This document shows, one piece after another, positions 1 to 11,756 of a stretch of 64,000 nucleotides of DNA. The notes below the pieces were generated by a model. That model was given only the letters and a program-made list of their open reading frames with translations. It was not told the origin of the DNA and did not search any database. Made by a program: the position numbers and the translations under genes. Positions within the stretch are counted from its first letter, which is position 1; each line of letters begins with the position of its first letter. Source of the stretch: Octopus vulgaris (taxonomy: Eukaryota); assembly GCA_951406725.2 (NCBI GenBank), contig OX597836.1, forward strand, positions 23,374,001-23,438,000. The letters run 5' to 3'.

Positions 1-88
1 AAAGAGAAAATCATCTCAAACAAAATAACAACAATAATAGTGATGGTGAAAATTACTACTCGCTTTTGTGATTGTTCCATTCCCCGCC

Positions 89-90
<2 letters not shown>

Positions 91-152
<62 letters not shown>

Positions 153-167
153 TATATATATATATAT
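91..167. repeat. (CT)n followed by (TA)n compound microsatellite
   Basis: Directly visible tandem dinucleotides. Confidence 0.95.
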
Positions 168-168
168 A

Positions 169-617
169 CTAGCAGTAATACCCGTCGTTGATCGGGTAAT
201 TACTTTTACTGTCTCTCGGGCCGAGAAGCTAGAAAGATGGGTATATATCATAGAGAAGAATAGCTTTGCGGAATCCATTTGACTGCGATGGCATTGAAAA
301 GGCTGCAGGTCAAGTGGAACATCACTGTTCATATAGAAAAAGCATTGCACGTCGTGCGTTTGTTTGGTGTTCGTTTTGTGACGTTCTTTTTTTCAGTAGA
401 CATTTTTGTATATCAGGAATATCAGCAAATATTAGTGAAATGAAATTACAAATTCTGTGTCCTGTCAATGTTAATGCTGAAATTCCGACGCTATATTACA
501 GGAATGGAACGCAAGGCAACAGTAAGTAATAGCCCAATGAAATTACAAACGTTGTGTCCTGTCAGTCAGATTTAGGTTTACTCGTCCTGTAAGTGTGTAT
601 TATATAAGAGAAAAAGA
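169..617 (-). mobile_element. Non-autonomous Helitron-like element (~450 bp)
   Basis: Minus strand begins A|TC (618|617). It ends with the hairpin TACCCG-ATCAACGA-CGGGTA followed closely by CTAG|T (169-172), with no TSD. These are the canonical Helitron termini in an AT target. An internal direct repeat TGAAATTACAAA..TGTGTCCTGTCA occurs twice. Confidence 0.7.
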
Positions 618-969
618 TGTAATAATTGAAGTAGAAATAAGATGGATTTCATATACGAACTTCTGTTTGTTCTTCAAGTTGCAATCCAGCAACTTTTAGA
701 GTTTGGCCCTGACTTTTATTAATGCTCACAGCAGAAGAAAATGACTTAAATTTGAATGGGACATTAGATGGTATAACTGGCATGCAAGGAACGAAGACGG
801 TGTCACGTTTACCATAACCAGTGAGAAAATTTGCCTCAATGCAGTCGTCATAGGTTTGTGCACAATTAGTGTTGCATCCCTTGAACCATTTACTTTCACT
901 TTATGGGACAACCAACACACAAACGGACAGAATATCTGTTTTATATATGTATATATATATATATATATA

Positions 970-1157
970 CGCCATGATAGATCGTTAGCCACTACACACA
1001 TTTTTCTCTCTCCTTGTTTTTTCTGTGTCCCTTTCTGTAGAAGAGCGTAGGCTCGAAACGTAAAATACTTTTTCTATTCCTGAGCGTTATACTAATACAT
1101 CTGTTTGTTTTGTACACCACCTGTCTTCGCTTTTTTGTTTTTTTCGTAAACACTCCC

Positions 1158-1158
<1 letters not shown>
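970..1158 (+). repeat. Short interspersed repeat between (TA)n tracts with a degenerate hammerhead-like core (probable Penelope pLTR fragment)
   Basis: CTGTAGA-A-GAG-CGTAGG-CTC-GAAA-CG-TA at 1035-1062, with (TA)n on both sides. Confidence 0.45.
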
Positions 1159-1193
<35 letters not shown>

Positions 1194-1194
<1 letters not shown>

Positions 1195-1976
1195 GTGATC
1201 TGATCAATAAGTATCCGGACTGTTACTGAAGCACGCAGAGTGAAGCCGCTTGGCGCAAATTGACCTTGGACACTGCTGTGCAAGCGTACTTAGTTTTAAC
1301 GTTCTAGCTCACTTTCGCTGTGTAGCGTGTAACCACGACAGAGGAAGTTGAGCAGAGAATCTGCATCAAATTTTGCCAAGAGCTTGGCGATACTTGCTCA
1401 GGGACTTATGCAAAGTTTCCAAAAATTTCTCATCGTTCACAACACAATCAAGAAGATCTTGTGCAACTGAAACCGGTGTGTCTTTTTTCGTCAGCTGAAA
1501 ACAGTTTTGATACAAGTTCGGCAGACACGCGTCTCATACCCAAATCTTCAGTGATAATGGACTGAACTGAACCGTAACTAATCTGCACATCCTCTGATAA
1601 TTTCCCCTCATAGCTGCATGCACATCTGCAATGTTTTTCTCAATTCTGCCGGTTGCGGGTCTCCCAGAACGCTCATCAATATCGACATTTCTCCGGCCAT
1701 CTTGGAAACGTCTGAACCACTCGTACACTTGTGTGCAGCTCATACACTCCTCTCTATGTACTTTCTGCAACTTTGTGCAGGCCTCTGAGCAGGTATTGCC
1801 ATGACAGCTTTCTCTGTCATGGTCAATGCGACGATCACACGCTACACACCTTCCTTCCAAGCACTACTGTAACAGCGGAAGTGAACTCGAGCATTAAAAT
1901 TTAGTGCAGATGCATAGCAGAGTTCAAGGTCAATCTTTGCCATGCAACTTCATTACTATGGCAACAACCCGGAAAC

Positions 1977-1978
<2 letters not shown>
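1194..1978. mobile_element. Mariner-derived element made of two inverted 5' halves; transposase N-terminal pseudogene fragments
   Basis: The plus strand from about 1343 reads EVEQRICIKFCQELGDTCSGTYAKF. ORF 1534-1860(-) reads GNTCSEACTKLQKV..QVYEWFRRFQDGRRNVDIDERSGRP, the mariner HTH/GRP region. Segments 1215-1330 and 1860-1975 are imperfect reverse complements. Confidence 0.8.
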
Positions 1979-2041
<63 letters not shown>

Positions 2042-3472
2042 GAAGAGAGAGAGAAAACAATGTGAATGAGGGATATGTTTATTTGGTTTGTATACTGTGA
2101 AATGACGGGAGATAAAACTGCTTTTACTCTCTCTCTCCCTCCCTCCCTCTCCCTCTCCTTCTCTTGCCCCCTCTATCTCTTACACACACACACACACACA
2201 ATCTTCTGCTCCGATTCGAAATATTGGGCTAAACCAAATATTTGTTCTGCTGGAACAACTCGGCCTGAAATTTCTTTCTTTCTTATTTTCGTCTTTTGAC
2301 GCCGCAAACCCACACTAATCTGAAGATTAACCACAACCATACATCATCATGGCCCAGTGTTAAATTAATTTAGTAATTAATAACTGCCAAGCACTCCCGC
2401 TTCACTTAAAACAAATAAACATCAACTTTGTAAAGAGCTTTACTGTGAAGGCAATAATACAGGATAGGTCCGATGAAAGGAAACCCGTCCTAAGTATGGA
2501 GATAAACATCAACTGTAGGGACATTTTCATTCACACATACATCCATTCATACATCCATTAATCCGTCCGTCCATCCGTTCATCCATACCTTATAATATTA
2601 TAATCACGAACATATACGTAAATATATGTGACAATAGGAATATAAGTGCATCAGTTTTTGTGTGTGTGGGGTGGGGCTTGTCCTTACGTATGTATTTTTA
2701 ATAATTGTCCGACCGTCGAACTTGCTAGATTATGTAAATGAGTTATGCCGGGGCACATATTTGTTCAAATCTTAAACTACTTTCTGTAACTCGCCGACGA
2801 GGTCTAGTAAGACAGAAACATGTTCGGAATTGTCTCCCGTTCTTAACAAATATCAAACTCATTTATATTCTTTTTATAACGAAATTTCATTTCATATTTC
2901 TTTTCCATACCATTGTTGCCATGAATTATCATTAGCACTAACGCTTTTTTCTCTTTACTATGAGTGTAATTGCGATCGATTGCACATGAGGTGGGAATTA
3001 CTCCTTCACCCATTCAACCACGATGGGTGAGCAAATAATGATGAATTGTTAAATACCAGTGAAGTCGTCCCATCCTCATCCCAAGCTACTGAAAACGTCC
3101 CGCGGCGCTTCATGTCACAGCGAGACTAAACACATACAGTTACGAACCTTTTTATTTATTTATCTATTCATTTATTCATAAATGACGCCGCATTTGTGCT
3201 GTAGGAGAGATGTCTATATAAACACGCCATAAATGTAAAATGGCGACAAATTCCAGTTGATTAAATTTATGACAGCAAAGAAGAGAACGATCCTTGGTTT
3301 AATGATTAACCTGGTGAAGAATGATATGGGAGACAACGCAAAAGGTATCAATTGACCATACAGTGTATATTTCCATAGGCTAGTGATAACTTCAGTTATG
3401 TTTCGGCCTAATTACACCTCAATAAATTATAGTCTCTATACCAGCAATTTTAGATAAAGATGGGTTGACATA

Positions 3473-3509
<37 letters not shown>

Positions 3510-3513
3510 TGTA

Positions 3514-3718
3514 TACATTCGAGGTTTTCTTCCAAGGAATCTAATGCGCTTGGCTTAGATTTTGCTTTGGGGCTGGCCAGATCGGAGCAATCTCAAGATT
3601 AATCAGCCGAAATTGCGAGGATGATCCGGTTCTTGACTGAAGATCGAAGGCTTCGAATGTCCCGTCCGTGTTTTTTGTATGGCTTCTAAATGTTTTGCGT
3701 TCTTGTCCCAGTTTGTAT
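3514..3718 (+). repeat. Interspersed repeat family D, copy 1, embedded in (TA)n
   Basis: Reverse-complement match to 8547-8750; its 3' end also recurs at about 35222-35277. Confidence 0.8.
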
Positions 3719-4086
3719 ATATATATATATAGCGGCGTACGTACCCTCTCTCTCATATATATGTATATATATGTTTTTGTGTATAAACAGTGAGAAGCAA
3801 GGACGCGCTCTGCATGAGAACCAAATGTTAAGGACTGGTAGCATCTGTTTAATGAACCAGGATATGACATAAACACGCTCACATGTGTGTATGTGACGAT
3901 GAGAAGGGGTATGTAACGGTATGACGGCGATGGTGGGGTGACGCATCATCTTTGGAGAGCAATATCAGTTTTCGTGGAATAGCTTTAAACACAACAGTAA
4001 GCGACGAGCTTTAAGAAACCATCATAGGCGCTTTCTGTCTAGCCATCACAGTCATCATAAACACCCCTCACCACACACATTCCCAT

Positions 4087-4286
4087 TTTTATTTGTTTCA
4101 GTCATTTGACTGCGGCCATGCATTTGACTGCGGCCTTTTAGTCGAAGAAATCGACCCCAGGACTTATTCTTTATAAGCCTAGTACTTATCCTAGGTATCT
4201 TTTTCCGAACCGCTAAGTTACGAGGACGTAAACACACCAGCATCGGTTTTCAAGCGGTGGTGGTGGGGACAAACACAGACACACAA

Positions 4287-4344
<58 letters not shown>

Positions 4345-4479
4345 GCATATATATATACACGGCTTTGGTCGACCAGAGGCTTAATTGAAGACACTTGCCC
4401 AAGGTGCCACGCAATGGGACTGAACCCGGAACTATGTGGTTTGGAAGCAAGCTTCTTACCACACAGCCACGCTTGCGCC
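4087..4479 (-). mobile_element. tRNA-derived SINE family A with internal (CA)n
   Basis: Aligns to copies 19761-20167 and 43629-44033. Head is GGCGCAAGCGTGGCTGTGTGGTAAG..GGGTTCAGTCCC (A/B-box-like). There is an internal 18-bp duplication near the tail. Confidence 0.9.
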
Positions 4480-4730
4480 TATAAAGATTTGGTGATGGAA
4501 ACGAGGAAAATAGACTTCAAAATATGAGTATATGCATATTTAAAAAAATTAATATTTAGCAGAAACAACGGAGTGACTCAAGGGTCGAGAGTTTCGTACA
4601 TCAAATTTTTGATAAGTTCCGCTCCACGAAACTGTCGGCCTTTGAGTCACTCTGTTGTCTCTGCAGAAAGATATACACGTGAATATTATACATGTGAATA
4701 CATGTGATATATTATACATGTGAATATGAA

Positions 4731-4938
4731 GGCGGCGAGTTGGCAGATGTGTTAGTATGTCGCACAAAATGCTTAGCGGCAGTTCTTCCGGCTCTGTAAG
4801 TTCTGAGTTCAAATCCCGCCGAATTCAACTTCGCTATTCATTCCCTTGTGGTCGATAAAATAATGCACCAGTCAGGTACCGCAGGAGATGTAATCGACTT
4901 GTGTCTTCAAACTAAAAAAAATTGTTGGTCTTGAACCC
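4731..4938 (+). mobile_element. Diverged SINE family B copy
   Basis: GGCGGCGAGTTGGCAGA head, TTCTGAGTTCAAATCCCGCC B-box, GTCGATAAAAT core. Confidence 0.75.
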
Positions 4939-5459
4939 TGTAATGGACAGGCTCCTATTTAGCGACGGATGTTGTGACCTCGGTCACTTATACACCATGG
5001 AAATTGAATAAACGACGTTATGAGTCCTTGACCAATGATAAAAAGAATATATATGAATATAACTGATAGGAAGAAAATATACAAAAGGAATTTTCTTCAG
5101 TAATTGCATTTACAGAAATATGTTTCCTTCTACTCCAATGCTTCCTTTCCTGGACAATGTTCAACTTCACAAGTTTTGTAGTATTTTCCGCCACTTCGAA
5201 ACCAGGATTTAGATCAACAAATGTCACGAAATAGTATTTCTATAGACACACTATTTCATTCTGCTCTACTTACACATTATTTCCGCTTGTGATAAGAACA
5301 AAATAAAACTGTCATCTGACTTCCGTTGTTAACCACATTGATGGCTAACCAATTAAAAGATTATACGTAGTCACATGACATGGAGATATTGCCGCGAAAG
5401 TTCTCACAAATAACACCTTACTGTCTTTAAAAAAAATACACTTTGACTAATGTAATCCT

Positions 5460-5777
5460 TGGTGTTTACTTAAGTCCTTTGCTCTTCATGGAGCTTAGGT
5501 CATTGACGACTTTTGCATAATTGTTCTTCATTCTGGATTGTCGTCTGCCAGGTTTTGTGGGTTTTGAATTGTCATCAAAGCTTCTGTAAGTTTCCTTTTT
5601 TTTGCTGAGTAAGGATGTTTTTATTTCTGGGAAAAGAGTGTTCTTATTAGTCTGGCCCCAATCATTTGACCAGTCCATCATGAGAAGCCCTACCAAGAGC
5701 TTACGTTCCACTGGCATAGCGCTCAAGGCGATCGAGGAATACAAGCCTCCACATCCCAACAAAGACTGGACTCTGTG
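5460..5777 (-). mobile_element. Short RTE-derived non-autonomous retroelement (5'UTR plus 3' tail) inserted in an older repeat
   Basis: Minus strand has RTE-5'UTR-like GCGCTATGCCAGTGG..CTCTTGGTAGGGCTTCTCATG..CCAGACTAA and an RTE-like 3' end GACCTAAGCTCCATGAAGAGCAAAGGACTTAAGTAA. Flanks ATGTAATCCT (5450-5459) and ATGGAATCCT (5778-5787) look like a TSD. The RTE assignment rests on recalled motifs. Confidence 0.5.
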
Positions 5778-5878
5778 ATGGAATCCTAGATACATTTTAC
5801 TTTAAAAAAGACGGCCAACTTTTGGTCATAGACCTGCTCAACCAAGGCTGATCTGGTCTATTCAGCAACAACAACAGC

Positions 5879-6275
5879 ATATTTCTTTATTACCCACAAG
5901 GGGCTAAACAAACAAGGACAGACATAGGTATTAAGTCGATTACATTGACCCCCAGTGCGTAACTGGTACTTAATTTTATCGACCCCGAAAGGATGAAAGA
6001 CAGAGTCGACCTCGGCGGAATTTGAACTCACAACGTAACGACAGACGAAATACCTATTTCTTTACTACCCACAAGGGGCTAAACTCAGAGAGGACAAACA
6101 AGGACAGACAAAGGGATTAAGTCGATTAGATCGACCCCAGTGCGTAACTGGTACTTATTTAATCGACCCCAAAAGGATGAAAGGCAGAGTCGACCTCGGC
6201 GGAATTTGAACTCACAACGTAACGACAGACGAAATACGGCTACGCATTTCGCCCGGCGTGCTAACGTTTCTGCCA
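5879..6275 (-). mobile_element. SINE family B head-to-tail dimer
   Basis: Two near-identical units (6055-6275 and 5879-6054) inside a single 13-bp TSD CAACAACAACAGC (5866-5878 and 6278-6290). Confidence 0.9.
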
Positions 6276-7418
6276 AACAACAACAACAGCTTAACTGACA
6301 TGAGATTAATGTAGTATATATGTTAATGCCGTGTGACTTCCATGTTTCTCCGTGTATGGTAACATTTGTATAGAATTTCAGCTTTGTAAGGGAATTACCT
6401 AAAAAAACAACGAATGTGATTTGTTATGACAACCATTGTTCCACTTCACGCCGACATCCAACAAACCCCAGTGTTTATGCGTTTGCTCTATGAGCCTGGT
6501 TTAATATTCAAGTATGTTTGACATCTGGGTTCTCAGCTTAGAGGAAGTGAGTCCCCAGTATTATACGCTAGCTATCATTGAGTTTATCCAAGAAACTGGT
6601 ACAGAATCGGGCATCCGGTGTGTCTCATTATGCTGCAATTCCTGGCTATTCTAGATTCCGTTCTTATGCACTACACGACCGTTCTATCTAGGTCTATGTA
6701 TCTATCTAACAACCCCTCTCCATCTGTGTTGTGTGGTTATGTCTCTCTATATGTAGGCGAGTGTTTGTGTGCATGTTCTCTTTGCACATAGTCACACACA
6801 CAAGTACACACCTTGTATATATATATACATATAATGTTCAACACAGCGTGAATCAGATGTACTAAGGTTTTTCTGATACATATACATTCACGCACACACG
6901 TTAATAGCAACATGAAATGAATGCACTTATGTGCAGTTTGTATGTGTACAGCCAATGAGAGAGCGAAGAGAAAGAAAGAGAGAGTGTGTGTGTGCGTGCA
7001 CATATGTGTCTGTGATATATTCATCTGGGAAACAAAGTCATTAACAAGTTGGATTTCTACTCATCATTGTTAGAAAATGATGTAAGCGTTTGTTGTCTTA
7101 CATTTTGACGGGAAATATCTACTGTTCCTCACCAACCGCTAGTCTTACAAATGTAGTCACTGCTATATATTCCACAATAACTTGTAACTGATCGTCCCAG
7201 CCTCCATACCCTTTAATGTTTTATTTTGGTATTTCTTCATTTCGTCTTTCTCGGTCGCATTCTTTTTTTCCCTCCGTCTTTCTTTTGTGCTTCCGTCTTT
7301 CATTTTCTTTCATTTCATTCTCATCAAGGATGTTTAATAGGAATAGTCAAGCGACCTCACTACATGTTTGGTACTTCGCTATTTGATTTGATTCGAGAAT
7401 TAACACAAATGATTCGTG

Positions 7419-7525
<107 letters not shown>

Positions 7526-8076
7526 ATCGGTCAGTCTCTCGATCTATCTTATCTGTTTGTCTGTCTGTCTGTCTAATCTATCTAACTTCATCTGTCCGTG
7601 CAAATCAATTTATCCACTCGCTGGTGATTCACGTCATTCACCCATTGTAACGAATAGTCTCCCTGCTGTGTGTTTTGTGTTCGATACAGGTCCCTCTTCG
7701 TCATCAATCTGTGCACATTGTTCTTGTCAAAGGTGGCATCTCTGTAAACAACTTGTTCCTTTCTGTGGATGTCAGACAGCCAGTACGTCAAGAGTCTATT
7801 ACTTACCTACAATTAAGGCGGACAGGAAGAAGAATCATTGTACCCTTTTAGGAATTCCGACCACGTTTCATGGAATGCTACCTCAACAGCTTCTTTATAG
7901 GATCCAATGGCTAAGGACATCTTCAGGAGGAACCACGTCCGGTTTCGGCCCCTACTCCTCTACCGTTTTCGACCTGATGCACTCCTCCCCACCACTTTCA
8001 GAGGTGTCTTCAGCTCTAGTGTTGAGTGCATTTTTTTCTTATTTTTTTCTTTGAATTTTTGTTCTTTGGTTTCTTC

Positions 8077-8137
8077 GATGGTCATTCGCCCGCTGACATT
8101 TGTTTCGTCAATAAATGTCAGCGGGCGAATGACCATC
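8077..8137. other. Perfect 25-bp inverted repeat (61-nt hairpin)
   Basis: GATGGTCATTCGCCCGCTGACATTT (8077-8101) and AAATGTCAGCGGGCGAATGACCATC (8113-8137), separated by an 11-nt spacer. Confidence 0.95.
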
Positions 8138-8471
8138 CTGCCAAATTTCCCTTTAAATACTTGCCGGTAGGCTCCTGCAAACAGCACCAACCAGCTGTCA
8201 CGTGACACAATCTAAGCTTCAGCTGGCCAACGGAGGGGAAGGGTGCGTAGTTTTGGCCCACGCCCTCTCTAGACCTACCTTCCAACAGAGTCGTGTTAGA
8301 TTCACTCCCAGCTGCCAGAGCCGACTGACTGTCTGGTGGCGCAAGCCTTCAAACTATCGGAGAGGAGGGCGCGCAATACATATTTCATATCAAGCAAATC
8401 GGATTATTACGTGTTGGAATCAACTCATATATATAACATGTAACTACGTGTGCGTGTGTGTATGTGTGTGT

Positions 8472-8544
<73 letters not shown>

Positions 8545-8546
8545 AA

Positions 8547-8750
8547 TGCAAAATGGGACAAGAACGCAAAACATTCAAATAGATGACACAAAAAACGGAC
8601 GGGTCATTCGAAGCCTCTAATCTTCAGTCAAGAACCGGATCATCCTCGCAATTTCGGCTGATTGATCTTGAAATCGCTCCGATCCGGCCAGCCCCAAGGA
8701 AAAACTAAGCTACGAGCATTAGATTTCTTGGAAAAAGGATCGAATGTATA
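8547..8750 (-). repeat. Interspersed repeat family D, copy 2
   Basis: Reverse complement of 3514-3718, for example CAGTCAAGAACCGGATCATCCTCGCAATTTCGGCTGATT. Confidence 0.8.
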
Positions 8751-8876
8751 CGAAACAAGGACAGAAAAACGGACGATGCCACACGAATATAAATACAAAA
8801 AACAATAACCATAATAACAGGACAAAAACAACGGGTGTCTTTCGACTTTAGACAGTTCAACTTAGCTTAGCTGGAG

Positions 8877-8907
<31 letters not shown>

Positions 8908-9626
8908 GAGGGTGGGAGGGATGGAGAGAGAAAGATAAGACGGCCCAAAAGTTCAAGAGTTAGACTGGTGCGTGTTGCTCAGTGCTCAGGAATTCAAAAA
9001 CATTACTTACCGGCATATTTCAGCCAAGTTTTTTTCTGTTTCAAGAACACATTCTACATAACTTCAGTTCCTCTGACTTTTTGCCAGACTTGGCAATGTT
9101 AGTTGGTCCAAGTTCAGAGTGGAGATGTTGTTTCCTAGCCGTAAAGAGTCTCACTTAATCGAAAATTGTAACTCGCTATATTAACTGAATGTGACTGAAT
9201 TGTACATATGTCTAACGTGTGGTACACTCCTCTTCGGCATTGCCAATCAGTTCTCTAGTTTATATTCATGAACAATTTACATACATACATATATGCATAC
9301 ATACATACATTTATATTTGGTTACTTCTAAGTCGAACCAACTCGCCAATGATATCTAACAAGATTGAAACATCTTTTGTTTTTACCAGTTGATTTTAAAC
9401 ATATCATTCACTTAAAATTGTTTCGTCTTCATTTAAAATAAAAAAAAATTCGATCGGCCGATATTATTGGAATTGATTTTAGATGTTAAATTTCACTACA
9501 GGGAGTTTTGTGGTCTAATTGCAAAGATAATCTAAAACTTTTCACTCATTATATTACATACGTGACACTCTAGAGTATGTGAATTTGGCATGCAGGACTA
9601 CACCCGAGGAGTATTTACCCTCAGCC

Positions 9627-9676
9627 GTGTGTGTGTGTATGTGTGTGTGTGTGTGTGTTTGCGCGTGTGTGTTTGT

Positions 9677-9725
<49 letters not shown>

Positions 9726-9737
9726 TGTGTGTGTGTT

Positions 9738-9774
<37 letters not shown>

Positions 9775-9775
9775 G
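9627..9775. repeat. Imperfect (TG)n microsatellite
   Basis: Directly visible. Confidence 0.95.
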
Positions 9776-10396
9776 AATGTAGATGAGAGAGAAAGTGAAG
9801 GAAGAAAGACAGAGGTTGATGTAAGGAACTGATAACATTTCTATAACTAACACTAACACCCTTACTCATCTGCTGCCTTATTACAACTTTCATTCTTTTT
9901 TGCATCTCCTATCGTGACTCATTCTTGTTTTATACAGATGGGCACTCGAATCTGTTAATTTTTGTTTATATTTTGGGTGTGTTTTATACATATGAATACG
10001 TTTTGCTCATGATATATTTAAATCCTTCTTAGCAGAATTCGAGCCGGACGCTATCAAAATGACAAAATTAGACCGCTGAGTCAAAGCAGTTCCAATGATG
10101 TTTGAATCCATGACTCTGAGTTTATGCGTTAGTGTATGTCCGAATTTGAATGCCTGGTTATTTTGTTTGTATGTATTTACGTACATATGTTTGCTTATAT
10201 TTAGGATTTTAAGTAGTTCTACGCGGAATTCCAATCGGTCATTGACAAAGAGACCGGTTTTGTGTGTGTGTGTGTGTATGTGTATCAAGACAGTTCCATG
10301 TTGCTTGTGAACATGTAAATGAAATTGTGTGTGTGTGTGTATAAATTGAGTATGTATATCATTTTACTACACTGCGTGTATGTGTGTGTGTGTGAG

Positions 10397-10440
<44 letters not shown>

Positions 10441-10482
10441 CTCTGTTTCATATGATTATACTTGATTACTCTTTAAGTAATC

Positions 10483-10650
10483 GGCGCAAGCTGGCCAAAT
10501 AGTTAAGAAGTTTACTTCACAACAATAACATCCCGAGTTCGATCTCTTCGCGTGGAATCTTGGGCGGCAAATGTCGTTTTCTATAGCCCTAGGTTCACCC
10601 CTATGTTTTGAGTGAAATTGTGCAGACGGAAACTGTACAGAAGCCCCTTA
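10483..10650 (+). mobile_element. Old, diverged SINE family A 5' part
   Basis: GGCGCAAGCTGGCC..GAGTTCGATC..TCTTGGGC..CAGACGGAAACTGTACAGAAGCCC resembles the family A head and body. Confidence 0.6.
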
Positions 10651-10956
10651 TGTGGATTGTGCCTCTCATTCAAAAGCTAGAGCTTTGTCCCACTAATTCT
10701 GCTTGATTTTCATCGAAATGACTTGATATCTTTTTGTCTTCTTTTAATTATTCTTTATGTTTTTAATGTGGTTTTTTTTTTCACTTCAAGCTTTTTTCAT
10801 GTCTTTTAATTTGTCTTCTTTCTTTCCACCTCCGGTCATTCTCCATCTACTTTTTCTTTTTATAAATTTCCTCAAATCTGCTTCCATTTCTCTCCTCCAT
10901 TTCTCAATGTCTTCCATCCCACATCCCTCTCTCTTTCTATCATTCTTTCCATTTCT

Positions 10957-11015
<59 letters not shown>

Positions 11016-11570
11016 AAGTGTCTGGCCCTCTTAATTTTTTCCTCATTTACTCGCACTATGTTTTTGATTCCCATTCTTTTCTCTGTTTTTCCCTGTGTTT
11101 CACTGTCTGCTCACTTGACTACCTGCCATACAAGCTACTGTTGGCTATCTTTCTCTGTCTCTATTTCTCTACCCATCAATCGCTTATTTATCAAACGAAT
11201 CCTCTTCTCTTTATAATACCTCTTTTTTCTCTCTCACTTATCTCAGCACAGCGACTGCTTTCTCTTTCCAGTGATACAGAAAGAGTGAAACCAACCAACA
11301 AAAGTTTGATACGTGAATTAACGTCACACGTTTTAAGACATTTACGGTAAGGGAGATCATCATCGATCTGTCTAAATTTTGCATGCCTACCTTCCTTGCA
11401 TGCACCCTTTTGTGTCTGGCACGTGACACACTGCACCAGTTCAAGTTTACAAAATTAAAAGAATCGGGTAGACTCTGCACAAATCTAAAGCAAACTGTGT
11501 GTCTGTAGATTGTTCAGTAATAATAACACTTGCTTTGTTGATGTGACTGCTCATTTGTTGTTCACGACAT

Positions 11571-11586
11571 AATATATATATATATA

Positions 11587-11632
<46 letters not shown>

Positions 11633-11714
11633 CACACATACATATATATACCTGCATATATATATATATATATACACATACATACATATACACACACATA
11701 CATACATACATATA

Positions 11715-11750
<36 letters not shown>

Positions 11751-11756
11751 TATATA
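11571..11756. repeat. Compound (TA)n/(TACA)n microsatellite
   Basis: Directly visible. Confidence 0.9.
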
